The notes under the pieces were generated by a model. The model saw only the letters and a program-made list of their open reading frames with translations, did no database searches and was not told where the DNA came from. Positions 17,749 to 39,191 of a stretch of 64,000 bases of DNA are shown here, piece after piece (position 1 is the first letter of the stretch; each line of letters starts with the position of its first letter). A program made the position numbers and the translations under genes. The DNA comes from the human T2T-CHM13v2.0 reference genome, Homo sapiens, in the NCBI RefSeq assembly GCF_009914755.1, contig NC_060931.1; one strand, written 5' to 3'.

Positions 17749-19375
17749 TACTTGTATTTTTGATCTCATATATTTCCTTTGCCTGGTTTGTTGCTGTTTG
17801 CATAGTAAGGTAAGGTCAAGCCATATTTTTTATATTACACCAAATTTGAGGCCTTATTCTCATCAGATGTTTGGTTTTTTGTTTGTTTGTTTGTTTTTAT
17901 TCATGGACCAGTCTTGTCTAGCCTAGCTTAAATAGGGCAGCAAATTCAGACCTCCAATCAGGCTAATTATGCTTTGTATCAACCTGAGACAATCCTATTC
18001 CTCCTCCTTCCTCCCATTTGTTCATGCAAGATGTAGGATAAATATTAAACTTAAGAAAATTCTCAAATCTGAATGGTATATGAAGAAACCAAATTTCATT
18101 CTAAGACTTAATTTTTTCCAAGAGGCTCTTTGGTGCCTACTCTGTAGGATCATACATAATAATGATAGAGAAACTGTGTGGTTTTCTAGCTTTCCCAATA
18201 GTATAACGTTATTATTTTGCAGACAGTGGTTTCCCAGCCAAAGTTATAGCCATGTTCAAATATAAGCATAAATCTGCATTCACAAGACTCTAACAAGCAT
18301 TAGTGTGCATCAAGGGTCTTCTTCCTAAGCATGTGTTATAACTTCATTAATGATGATAAAACATTCTTATTAGTCAGATTTTAAATATTGGACTGTGTTC
18401 TATATTCTAAACTAAAGCAACTTATCAAAATTGTGATGAACATAATTATGATACTGTTGCTATCTTCCCAATAGATGAAAATAATACATTTCAATAGATC
18501 ATGTGCTTAGTATTTTAGCAGTGGGGATAGGTTTGCATTAAGTCAGAATTTGTTTAAATAGGACTATTGTATACAAACATGTCACTGACTTTACAACTTG
18601 GCCTCTTATAAAAATAATGACACATTTTAGTGGATTTGAATTTCCAAAATCTCTTGCCAGGTAGGAAAGGGAGAAATTGCATATGGGTTTTATGGCTTTT
18701 CATGAATAGACCATTTTCTTTTTGGCCAAAAATATGAGGAAAACGTGTTAGGTAGAGATGTTTGGAGATTTTGCATGTCTTCTAGTAGCAAAAATACAAA
18801 TTCTGCTGAAAAAGCCCTTTTATTATAAACATTTTAAAGGTAAAATTCTGAGCAAATTGTTTTTTATGTTGGGTAGGTAGAAAGAGACATTTTATAAACT
18901 TGTTTTTTTCCCCTGCGTACGTGTTATTCATGATATTTAGCAAAAATAACATTTCTGCTAAGAACTTTTGTAATGAACATTATTCATTTTCGTTAAATTG
19001 GTTGGGCAGTGAGAAGGCATGTAGAGAACCCTGTATCATTATAATCTGTTTTATTCTTCTGTGTGACTTAAGCACATTGCCCCATCATTTGCATTCTTGA
19101 AATACGTAATAAATAACATATTTGTTTTCAGGATTACAGCTCTGTTGTATTCAAAATGCAGTTTTCTGGACCAAAATGTCCTTTTTATGTTCTATGGTGT
19201 GGCAGATGACTGTTGCATTGCAGTTTTTATTTAGAAGAAATGTGCTACACAGGGTATAAGAAATAGCTTTGCAATAAAGGAGACTGGTCAAAGCATAGGG
19301 GCAGTAGTGGATAAATTGTGCAAAAGGCTGTTTGTTTGGAAATCAAATTTAAAAGAGCTTTCAATCACTAGTTAA

Positions 19376-19519
<144 letters not shown>

Positions 19520-20628
19520 TAAGTAATGTCTTTTTTGTCAGCTGGGATCTGCAAAGCTGTAAAGCTTTTTACTGAGACCAGTTGATTACATATGAATCAA
19601 CTACTCTATCCAGCTGATAATGTGTTTCAAGAGCAAATTATGTAAAGAGAATTGAATAGGCAAGAGAGATCTTACTGAAGGAGAACTGGAGTCTGTATGT
19701 TGGAAATGTATAAGCCAGTACAAAGACACGTGGAAACTTATTCTTACTACCTGAAAAATCTATTTTTAATCATTAAGAATTGTCATTTCAGGAACTCTTA
19801 GTTTAGATGGTAACAAAGAGACTTTAGGAGCAAAGTTAATATCCGTGTGTGACTAGCTTAAAGACAGTGTACTCCACAAGCCAGAAGATTAGTCTCCTTC
19901 CCTGTAGCCTCATCTAGCTTACTTATTCAGACTTTCTGTTCACAAGGGGTTTGTTATCTTCATGAAATTTTAATATGTGTAAGTTAGAAATGAAATTAGA
20001 AAAAGAGGTTCTTGCTGTAAACACTGGGCAGAGTAGCTCAGAAGAAGACTGTGGTTCTTGGATGCCCTCATGCCTTTGTTCCAGTGCAGGTGCCTAGTGG
20101 AGGGTGCAGTGCTCTTGCAACATAGAAGGACCCATCTTGCAGGAGCTGATGGCTTAGCTCCTGGGAACGGGAGGAGAGGAAGGGCTTGTGGACCCAACCT
20201 CTGTTGAATTGACTGGCTTTTTGAGAGACCACTGAAACTCCCCTCCCCACTCCACCCCCCATCTGTGCTAGCGGAAGTCTATCTAGAAAGAAAAAAGGAG
20301 AAAGTGTTTAAATACGTGATGGACGAATGCCCCCTGCCTCTGGTATACTTTTTCTTAACAGAAAAGGTCATTCTAACTTTGCATAATCTTCAATTATAAT
20401 GTAGAAGACTTTTCCACCTTCCTAAATAATTAAAAGCAAACTAATGATCTCTAAATATTTGCCTTCCTGGTTCTTTTGAAAATCCTTTTGTCTCAAATAC
20501 CACTTCAGTGCTGTGTGCATGAATAGTCTGCCAGCTGACTTGTGCTATGGAAGATGTTTACCCCTCTGTATACACTTAACCCATCTCCTGCCATTTACAT
20601 TTTAGCTGTTTTAGAGAACTCCAGTTAA

Positions 20629-21039
<411 letters not shown>

Positions 21040-22736
21040 AAAAGGGGGAGCTGGCCTCCACCCTATGTTCCATGGATTCGGAACAAGATTTCAGACATCT
21101 GCATGAGTGACAAACTTTCTGAACACCACCACCACCAATAATACTTATCAGCATCATAAAGTATCTCTTAAACACTGATCTTGGCAGGGACGGAACTCCT
21201 ATTCAGCAGTTTTTGTGGAAAGCAGTAATGCTTGCAAAACGTGTGTGTCATTCAGCATTTTAAGTGGAGACTATGCATTTCATAGTATATTTGACAGATT
21301 AGTACTGTGTCCTGTGTTTTGTTCCAGATTCTTCAGTATAAATAAGCTCTATATCAAAAAGTTGCCTGTCTAAATAGAAAATGTCTTGCTGTGTTTTGTC
21401 CTATGGAAAATACTGTAATTCAGGATTATGTTTACAATTGATCCAGGTGTTTGTTTCTAACTTCTGTAATACATACAATGCAAAAAAAAAAAAAAAAAAA
21501 TGGCCACAACAGTTGCACAGTGCCCACCCTATGGCCTAGCTTCAGGTACTTCAGTTGAAGTCTAAACTCAGGTAACTTGGAATGTATATCATATTGGGAT
21601 ATTAAATATTTCACAGCTAAAAAGCTAAAGAGGGAACATCACTCTTTTGCCTTTCCTTATTTTATGCATTTCCCTTTCCTCATTACATTCCACATTCTTA
21701 GAATAAGAAGTGCATTCAATCCTAGGAGAATGATAATCCTGGACATGGGTGAACATGAGGAGAACCAGCAAAATCTGTGGTGTTTGACATCACTTTGTCA
21801 TGTGGTTACAAGTAAAACAACTGTTGCATTCACTGTTTCAACATGTGTACATGTGGCTTTTTTAAAAGTTCAGGTGTTGCTCAGTAAAGGACTGTGACAA
21901 TGTTGCAAATAAAGTGTTCAGTACTGGACTGTACATAAACATTCCACATTGTGTGTGATGAAATTTAAAGACAAGAATGTCTAGAGTTAATTTCAAAATA
22001 AGTGAAGTGTTTGACGGAATGGTTGAGATTTTTTTGTTTATGTTAGCCATCAGGGTCATAACTGTTACCATTTTATCTAAAGACATATTTATATTTAGTT
22101 TCTCCCTTGGAAATTCTTTATTTTGCAGGTGAAAAAGTGACATACTTTTTGTTATTGTCTTCCTCAAGCAGTTTAGGTGCATGATCTTCATTTACATAGA
22201 ATACTTGGGTCTCAGAATTGATGCAACATAAGCAGGTTTTTTGGTGACTTACAAGAGCAATAGTTTGAAGCTATCTCATTTAAGCCTCTCATAATGCATA
22301 ATCATGAGTAGTTTTGAAATTTGCAACCTGTGAGGTAGAGCATAAACTCAAGAAAATAGCCTTGAACTTGCAGACTTTTGACACAAGTTCTCCACAAAGT
22401 GTGAAGAGAGCCCCAGGCATTCCTGATTGGTCAATGGGAGAGCCTAACTTTCATTGTTTTCTTCAGTACAAAGAGTATCCAAAAGCTAAGTTTTTGTATT
22501 CCACTACTTTCAGTTCAATAAAACCTAGAGTTGTTTCATCTGCGCCTAAAGTGTATGGCACAATTTTCTTAAGAATTAGGGGAACCAGGTGCCTACAGTT
22601 AAAGGAACGTTTCAGTTCCTTTCATTCATTCCTGGGTTTTTCTTTTATTTTCTAAGAAGGTTGAAGAAGGATGAGTGATAGAGAAGAAAGCAACACCATT
22701 GATTTTTTTTTTTAAGAAATGATATATATATGTATA

Positions 22737-22740
<4 letters not shown>

Positions 22741-22771
<31 letters not shown>
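22741..22771 (+). repeat. (TG)15 microsatellite in GLCCI1 3'UTR
   Basis: Directly visible; preceded by (AT)n. Confidence 0.95.
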
Positions 22772-22773
<2 letters not shown>

Positions 22774-23555
22774 TCTGTGCATTATTTTGTCATGATCTCA
22801 ATTCTCTTCTTTCCACCAAAGTTTGTCGTAATATTTTCTCCTGAAGGTGCATTCTGGCTCCTTTAAATTAGTCAGTGTTATATTGTAGGAGACTGTCATG
22901 GAAAAAAGGACTCAGTTTACTTTCGTCATTTTCACAGGGGAACCTTTTAAAACAATCTTTTCAGCAGCAGATACCTTTAACCCTAATAATCTCAGGCCTT
23001 GATGAAAATACTATATTTTGTAGATTATGGTTAAAGGGGGAAAATTACTAGTTCCGTAAGATAAATATGAGCTCCATTTGACTTCTGATGTCTGGTTTAG
23101 CATTACATAATATGTTGATCTTACACTCTGCTTTTGTCCAAATAAAATGCAATAGTATCAATATCAATTTCAGAAAAATGGACTGAATATGCTTTTTTGG
23201 TGATGAAATCTCATGTACGATATTTATAGTGATGTGCTTTTATTTTCTCATGAGATACTAAATATTAATTGTGTTGTACATTTGTTCTTAGCATATATTA
23301 AAGTTTTGAACCAAATGTGTTAAAGCTTACGCTTTGCCATGTAAATTTCCCAGAAGTTGTTGAGCTCAAATGTATCCTACATCCAGCTGTAGAAATTTGT
23401 CAGAAATTGTTTAAATTTTGTATATAATTGTACTGTTTAATTCTAGCCATTGCGCTGAACAGTATTTGAGTTACCATATAATATGGCTTTACACAAGGAA
23501 ATGTGTGGCTTTTGTTTTGTATTTTTTCAGTATAGAAGTTCCTGTGTCTTATTTA

Positions 23556-23561
23556 AATAAA
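23556..23561 (+). terminator. GLCCI1: Probable distal GLCCI1 poly(A) signal AATAAA
   Basis: AATAAA followed about 30 nt later by GU/U-rich sequence (ATGTTTTTGG...GGGGTTGTTGG). Confidence 0.7.
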
Positions 23562-25157
23562 GTTATTAGTAAAACTGAAATAGTTCACACATGTTTTTGG
23601 AAAGACTGGGGTTGTTGGCTCGTTACCCGACAGAGAGAAATTCAGCTCAGGTTAATGGTAGTTTTCTGTACTCATTGAGTTCCTGGCCTGCATGTCTGGA
23701 GGTGTGGGGTGTCTAACTGGATCAGATTTCTACAACCTGGCTTCCTCTTGGCATTTAACTTACACACTCTCCATCACAAGGTGAGAAGCTAGAGGTCTTA
23801 AGTTCCAAGTCTTGGTACTGTTCCCAGGTATGATCACATTAAATAGAGAAAACATTGTTCTCACATCACTTTATACCTCAGAATTTATAGAAATGAGTTT
23901 AAATTCAATGAAATCATTTCAGAGGAAGTTGCATATTTCTTGCAAGCAAAGCTGCAGCAATAAAATTTAATTTTTTACTTTTTTATTTGTTTAGATTCAG
24001 AATAAGGTGGAGAAAAGCTTTACAAAACAAAGGAGGGTTGACATCATGCCCAGTTATCCAGACATGGATATGGTCTGGTAGGCCATATGGTAGCGTGAAA
24101 GCAAGAACAAAACGCTCTGAGAAATAATTTATCAGCAGACTGTTGTTCACTTCCAAAGCGCATCTCAAAGGGATAAGATTTGATCTTTAAATTGAACTTA
24201 GAAGTGACCAGTAGCTGTGGTTTTGGCTGAGAAAAATAAAACGTAACTTTTTAAATGGTGGGATGTATCAGCTGTGTTAATGTTATTTAGGCAGGAAATT
24301 TTCTACTTTATACAACTTTAAATTTCCATTGCAAGTGAATTCATGTGAAGGAAAGTGGAATTCCTAGCCCCATCTCTTCTTGACTCGATCATATAATAAG
24401 TAATATAAACAGCCCTGAGAAGTTAATACAGTATTTGCAAAATCAGACCTCAGGAACAAGGAGGGGAATATTAGTCCTAAGAACTTGCGTGTTGTAACCC
24501 TATGCTAACCAAAAATAATCACTTGAAGTTTATTTATGAATATTGCAAACTGAGGGGTTACCCCCATCCCTCATCCTCCATCCCACAGTGTAAGGTCGCA
24601 TCTAGCTCTGAAGTTTCATTGTCCCCTATATATTCTCTACCTCTCTCTGGGAAGCTTCTAACATCTACCCTGCTCTCTGATATGCACAAGTCTCGATTTC
24701 CCCCTGTACACTCACTCTTTTGGTGAACTCATGGTTCTTTGGAGCTGTAGGAGCCTTATGAAGATGGATCCCCTAATTCACATGTTGATTCAAAATCCCA
24801 CTGCTGTAGTCTAGACCAACAGTTCCAATTGTTGAGAGAACATCTCCTCTCAGACTTCTTGCCTTATCTCAACCTTAGTGATTCAGTGGAATAAAGACAC
24901 TGTCTTACCCCCTGTTGGACCAAGCCAGCTCTCCTTTACATTCTTATTTCCAAAGATAAGGACTGTTTCTTAAATCTCTCAGATTTGCTTTTCTGTCTTC
25001 CTGTTATCTCACCACTGAATTTTGAGGTACAGCGACATATAATGGTGGCAGATCAGAGAGCCATGACAACTTAGATGAATTTCTGTGAAGACTGTAATAG
25101 CAAGGAACCAAAGTCACTGCGTATGTTAGACTTCCACTAACCTCTGTAGCTATAAGA

Positions 25158-25358
25158 CCAGGGCCAAACAACTGTTCCTGGGCCAAATCCAGCCTGCTGA
25201 CTGTGTAAATAAAGTGTTCCTGAACAAAGCCACACTCATTTGCTTATGGAGTGCCTATGGCTATCTTGCAGCACAATGGCACGGTTAAATAGTTGCAACA
25301 GAGAATCTGGCCCACAATGCCTAAAATATTTACTCTCTGGTTCTTTGCTGACCTCTAC
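25158..25358. mobile_element. MER58A-like hAT DNA transposon
   Basis: GGGCCAAATCCAGCC...AAATAAAG...AGTTGCAACAGAGA...CCTAAAATATTTACT motifs. Confidence 0.8.
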
Positions 25359-25393
25359 TGTACACCAAAGAGCAGACTGGAGACTAGGTATAG

Positions 25394-25724
<331 letters not shown>

Positions 25725-25764
25725 TATGTAGACGTTTTAAAATTTTTTCCATAAATTATTTTAT

Positions 25765-26210
25765 ACTCCTCCCTTCAAAAGGTAGAGCTTAATTTTCCTC
25801 TCAAGTGTGGGTTGATTTGCTTCTTATCAACAGAATATGGCAGAAGTAATGGGAAGTCACTTCTAAGAACAGGTTATAAAAAGACTGGTTTTGTCTTGGT
25901 ATTTGTTCTGTTGGATCACTTAGTTTGGGAGAAGCTATATTGGGAGGATACTGAGAAAGTTTATGGCAGGACCCTATGGTGAGATTATGGAGGCCCCGAC
26001 CTCCTGCCAAAAACCACAAGGAAGCAGATCCTTCAGCTCCAGCCAAGCCATGAGACACCTTGAGCCAGAAACCACCCAGATCAACTGGATACCTGCTCCA
26101 ACGCCCCTGGATACCTGACCCTCAGAAACTGTGTCAAATAATAAATTTTTGTTATTTTAAGGTGACAAGTTTTGGGGTAACTTGTTACATAGGGTTAGAG
26201 AACTAATACA
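25765..26210 (+). mobile_element. MaLR MLT1 (E/F-like) LTR
   Basis: AGAATATGGCAGAAGT...AGGTTATAAAAAGAC...CTCAGAAACTGTG...AACTAATACA terminus. Confidence 0.75.
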
Positions 26211-27703
26211 ACAGCCCTCTCTTTCCCCCATACACATCCCATTATTTCCACCATCACCTAGAGCCTTGCCATATAAGTCTGTCCTCTGGGTCCAGAAAAT
26301 GAAGCTTGCTCTTTTGGAATGGATATGGCTTGGCAAAGCCCTTTTGGAGTAGGTCTAAGACAAAGCTTTTTCAACACAAAATTTTGTTTTTTGAACAGTT
26401 TGCATGTTAGAAAAGGATTTCCTATGGAAAATGATGCAAGAAGAAGCAGGATAGGTGATCAGTTTTTAGAGCTGAAAAGAATAAAAGGCAGAATTTCACA
26501 AGAAAAGGAGGAATATCTCCACCTCATATGTCTTTTAGTTAACAGGAGGCTGGTAACCCACTGGTTCTAAAATGACCTATCTCATTCCATATGCATCTCT
26601 CAAAGAGGAGAGTAAAAATAATTTTTTTTCCCAAAGGCTTTAGATCAGTTTGGTGATGGGCTCTCTCCTGCATAACAGCCATTTTCTTAACACTAAGAAT
26701 TTGAACAATTAGATCATTTTTCCTCCAAAAGATTTCCTGATAACAAAGAGTAGATCCCCTTTCGCACACCACAAATTCTACTCAAGTCTTGGCATCTGCT
26801 TTAAGCATGACATTGATGACATTCCTTTAGTCAGAACTGGGCATGACTCTGCAGGCAATGGATGTTATTTCAAACCACTGTCTGGAAGCAAGATGGATAA
26901 AGGTGGGTACAGGGCTCCACAAGGACCTGCCAAGTGAGGAGAAGCGTTCATGCTGGAAAAGCAAACCTTTTCTTAGGTTTTCTTTTCCACTTTGTAAACC
27001 AAACAGGTTACACTCAAGGGACAGGACTTAACAAAGGACACTGCTCATGTACTGCAATAAACAGCCTGCCATTTTTCATACGGACTGGAACTGAGGCAGA
27101 CAGGGTAATCTTAGCTGACTCTCTGTTCACCTGCCCATTTGATTCCAGACAAACACCTGGTGTGGTTTCTCTCTCCTGCTTCCCTTCCCAGTGACCACTC
27201 TGCAGCAAGCCCCGGGAGCTTTGTATGAAGAAGCTATTCCTTTTCAAATCCCTAACCCTTTCTCCTGATTGCTCCTCCAAATCTGTGGCCAGTGCAGCAA
27301 GTCCTGTGAAGACAGTAAGGAGGTAGCAGGAGGAGGCTAAAAATGGTGACATCAAGGAATAGAAACTGGTGAGTGAGGGAAGTAGAGTGTTGAGGTGAGC
27401 TTTCATAATATTCATACACCTTTTGAAATATTTGATTTTTTTTTCTTAAAATGAGCATGTATTCTTTTTGTAATGTTTGGTAACATTACAATGTAAAAGA
27501 CAAGGAAACAACATGACCATTCTGCAGAACTGTGAACGGCCCTGTTCCCTCTGCTGGTTCCAACTTCTACCCATCAATTTATCATCAAATTTGCAGCAGA
27601 AAGGGGATACAACTTAGCTGACTGCTTTATATATGACTAATATGAAAGAAAGGTGAAATTCAAAGGAAGTGATTAACATGAAAATAAATGTTTAACCTCA
27701 CTA

Positions 27704-28174
<471 letters not shown>

Positions 28175-28300
28175 TTATGCCAAGTGACAAAACAGCAGGT
28201 CACAAACCAGTGTGATCCGTTTGTTTTATAAAAATACATATATGTGTGGGGAAAAAAAGGATGAATGTAAACAAAAATAGTAGTGTTAGTAGTGGTTACG

Positions 28301-28438
28301 GGCCAAGTGCAGTAGCTCACTCCAGGAGTTCTAGCTACTTGGGAGGCGGAGGCAGGAGGACCGCTTGAGCTGAATTTAAGGCTACACTCCAGCTTGGGTA
28401 ACAGAGTGAGACCGTGTCTCAAAAAAAAAAAAAAAAAA
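28301..28438 (+). mobile_element. Degenerate FLAM/FRAM Alu monomer
   Basis: Monomer with A18 tail; AGTG(G/C)TTA flanks. Confidence 0.75.
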
Positions 28439-29629
28439 GTGCTTATCCTGGGTAGATAATTTTTTAACATTTGCTTTTCTGGTTTTCTAAGTATTCTCTA
28501 GCAGCACCCGTTAACCTTGTAATTTGAGAGAACATGCATGTTAATCTCTAAATATCAAAGGACAGAAAAAGTAGGGAGGGAAAAAAAGGAAATGGCAGCA
28601 AGACAATTTTGTTTTAATGAAAATGACTGACATCTCTTAAAATCCAGGTGGCTTAAGAGAAGGCTTGGTAGAGTGAACTTTGGCTCGGTGGGAGAATCCT
28701 AACATGGCATAGTTTCAAGCTTTATCTCCCTTCCCAGAAAGAAAACGGTCCCAACATCCTCACACTGTAAGGTAAGCAGGATTAAATTATGTAAGCCTGG
28801 AATGGGGTTGAAAGTGTCTTTGGGAAAGGCTGCAGTTTTAGTTCAAAGGACAGAGCATTTTCTGGAGTGTGGCCCATACTGACAGCCTTCCACTCAGTTG
28901 AGATGGGTTTGTGAAGTGGGCACCAGGGAGTCCAGAAATCTGTCCTCTCATTTATGCTTCTTGAACTGCCTCATCTAGAAAATTAAAAGGGACTCCTTGC
29001 CGCAAGCAAACTGTAGATGCCTGAAAATGGCCAAGAGATCATTCTTGACTGTGATTCATATTTCTAAGCACACTTTTTATTGCAGGTTGTTTGGTCTGGT
29101 TTTACAGAGATTGCCTAATGTAGGTACATGTGAGATGGACATTGATCCTTTGGTCATAGAGGTGGTTACCTTAGAATTTGTATTAGGAAGATTGGGAATA
29201 CCAGCATTGAACAGGCTGCACAGGATACTTTGAGAATTACCAGTGTACAAGACCTTGGGCCCCTTTTATTAATCTTTGCATCTGTAGCTGGCATAAGCCA
29301 GGGGCACGGAAAGCAACTTGGGGATTCAGACATTTGCTTATTTCTCCTTCTTGGCAAGTTTCTGCCCCTTATTCACTAGGTCTCTAAGAACTAGGTCTCA
29401 GCACAGTGCCATCTGTGATTTTGGTCAGCTGGCAGGCCGCACATATGTCCCTCCCACATTCTGGAACCCACAGGCAGTGTGGCATAAGAAGAAATGGTCC
29501 AGACGTTGGCATCAGACAAGGGTGAGGGATGGCTCTGTGAGCGTGGGAGTCTTTATTTATAAAATGGAGATAATTATTCCATTCCTTAATTAGAATAATA
29601 AAATGGAAAGGGTCGGCAAGCTCTCTGGT

Positions 29630-29842
29630 GTCTTCCACACAGACACTAATTCTTTTGTATCAGGACTCCATCTTTATGACTTCCTTGTACCTTAATTACC
29701 TCCCAAAGGCCCTATTTGCAAATACAATCACACGGCAGTGGGGGGTGGGGGGCTGGGGGGTGGGGGGGTTGGGGGTGGGTTATGGCTTCAACATATGAAT
29801 TTGGTGGGGGTGGGGTGGGGTAAACAATTTAGTCCATAGCAA
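29630..29842 (-). mobile_element. MaLR (MLT1A-C-like) LTR fragment with expanded G tracts
   Basis: TTAATTACCTCCCAAAGGCCCTAT...AATACAATCAC...GGCTTCAACATATGAATTT...AGTCCATAGCA. Confidence 0.7.
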
Positions 29843-29861
29843 ATAGGTACTTCCATTAGGT

Positions 29862-30111
29862 AGATGCAAATTAAAACCACAATGAGATATCACTTCACAC
29901 CCACTAGGAAGGCCATAATCAAAAAGACAGATAATTACAAGTGTTGGTGAGGACGTGGAGAAATTGGAGCCCTCGTGCATTTCTGGTGGAAGTGTAAAAT
30001 GGTGTACTTGCTTTGGAAAACTGTCTGGCAATTCTGCAAAAGGTTAAATGTAGAGTAACCATATGACCAAGCAATTCAATTCCTAGGTGTATACTCAAGA
30101 AAGTAAAAAGA
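29862..30111 (+). mobile_element. L1MB-type element, left part (host of the L1PA insertion)
   Basis: ATGCAAATTAAAACCACAATGAGATA...GCAATTCAATTCCTAGGTGTATACTCAAGA; continues colinearly at ~37182. Confidence 0.8.
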
Positions 30112-30124
30112 CTTAAAGATGGTT

Positions 30125-37072
<6,948 letters not shown>

Positions 37073-37181
37073 CATCTACATTGTTTTTTTACAAAAAATT
37101 TAAACATCATTCTTATCAGTTCTGAGAATAGTGGGAGCCCTCAAAAAAAAAAAAAAAAAAAAAAGAAAAAGAAAAGAAAAG

Positions 37182-37683
37182 AAAAACATGTCTACATGAA
37201 AACCAAGTACACAAACGTTCATAGCAGCATTGTTCATAAGAGTCCAAAACTGGAAACAATCCAAATGTTCATCAGTTGATGACTGCATAAATCAAACGTG
37301 TCCTATCCATACAATTGTTATTCAGGAATAAAAAGGAATGAAGTACTGATACCTGCTCCACATGAACAAGCCTTTAAAACATTATGCTAAGTGAAAGAGG
37401 CCAGTCACAAAAGACTGCATACTCTATAATCCCATTGATATGAAATGTCCATTATAGGAAAATTTGCAGAGACAGAAAGTAGTAGTGGTTGCCAGGGTCT
37501 GGGGTAGGCCGAAATAGGGAGTCACTACTACTAAGTACAGGCTTTCTTTTGGGAGTAATAAAAAATGTTCTGGAATTAGATAATGGTAATCGTTGCGTGA
37601 CCTTGTAAATGTACTAAAAGCTACTGAATCATATATTTAAAATGGTAAATTGTATGGTATGTGACATGTATTTTAATTTAAAA
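37182..37683 (+). mobile_element. L1MB-type 3' end, right part
   Basis: AAAACATGTCTACA...AAAAGGAATGAAGTACTGATA...GCTAAGTGAAAGAGGCCAGTCACAAAAGAC...GTTCTGGAATTAGAT. Confidence 0.85.
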
Positions 37684-39191
37684 ATTCACGTATGCAAAGA
37701 ACCTATGCCATAGTATAGTTAAGAGGATGAAATGGGCTTATGTGCACATAGCACAGTGCCTGGCATAGAGTGACTACTCCATGGACGATAGCTATTTTTA
37801 TTTTTCATAGTCCATGTAGGGTCAGAGTGAAGAGAATAAACACACAAAGGTGGTTCATAGCTCAAGGCCATTCATCCAACAGGAGGGTGGCCTACTTCCT
37901 TCCTCTGTTGTCTTCTGTTTTCCTGGGTTTCAGTACGTGAAGCAGTCAGGCGCCCGACCACACTGATAGCCTGTGGAAGAGGCCAGAGTACGCGCACTCG
38001 TTCTCCACCGTCTTCCCTGCTCATCGTGATCCTGTGTGCCCAGTTCTCCTCACCCTGCCCAGACCTGAAAAGCAAGGCCAGGACACCAGGGGACTTCAGG
38101 CTTCAGCCTTGGCCCATTCCTGTCTTTTCAAGGTGCTTTCTCTTTAACCACACACCTGGTTTGTAGGGCAGAACAACTAGGCTGCTTGGCTCTGGGCTTC
38201 TCACCACAGGTTCACCGTATAAGCCCAAGATCAAGAAGCAAGGGCTCCCTTCAGGGCTGCTTCTGAGGGCAGGTAACAGATGGGTGGCAAACTACAGGTA
38301 GCCAGAGCTTAGGCTAGTGTGTTGTCAGGATTTGTTCTCTCCCTGCTAGTTTCTTCCTTTCTAGCTGGAGCCAAAGTCACAGCTTACCCAGGATGGCAGC
38401 TCCTATTGGCAAGACAAAAATACACCTCAGTTTGACTGCTGAGGCCCACACATGGCCAACTCAACCATTAAGGGCAAAGAGAGAGGACCAAGAACAAAAT
38501 GGCTGTTACTTCCCTGTGGTGGGAAAAGGGACCAGAGGAACCTCCAGCTTGCCTACACGTTTGCTGTGGGCTGTTAGCGCTCACGAGAGGTTTCAAGCAC
38601 TTTGGTGCCCTCTGCATCAGCACGAATCCTATGATGAGCACAACTTTTCTGACTTGTTTTGTTCATCCACCCCTTTGAGAATATATGGAAGCTCTAGACC
38701 ATTTCATCAAGTTAAATATCCACACAGGTGCATTTTCACAAAAACTTACATATCTCAGAGGATGTACAGAACCATTGAGGCCAAGGGCTCCATAAATCTC
38801 TGGACCAGAATAGATTTTATTGGAACAGATCAGAAAGAGTTTATAACCCAGCCATCAGAAATAGCAGTGAATTTCTGGAAGAGAATAGAAGCAAGGGTGT
38901 TGACCTGTCAAGTGCTGTGTATGTCCTAGGAATGCCTTCTGTTTGTGCCATGGACGGAAGACAGCGGAGGAAACTCTCAGTGCAGAACAGATCCTTGGGG
39001 TGCCACAGTTCAGGGCCAGATATATCAGCAAGAAGACACCTCATACCAAAATGAATAAACAGTTCCCTGTGAAGTAGCTGGGGAAGGAAGCCCCAGAGGG
39101 CTGATAGATAACCCAGCCTGGGCTGAGGAGGCATTCCTAAAATTAGTTGCCTCCTCACTGGCTGGCAGAGGGGGGCCTGGGTGTAAGACCC

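Larger units (their letters stand above)
21040..23580 (+). other. GLCCI1: GLCCI1 3'UTR (end approximate)
   Basis: AU-rich sequence after the stop with no interspersed repeats. AATAAA at 21908-21913, 22517-22522, 23141-23146 and 23556-23561. Internal A19 at 21482-21500. Confidence 0.8.

Noticed and set aside
38393-38929. 178-aa intergenic ORF
   Set aside because: No recognisable domain or family, unremarkable composition, no supporting exon structure.
39158-39178. CTCF-like motif between the convergent genes
   Set aside because: Mismatches at key invariant C positions; not supportable by eye.
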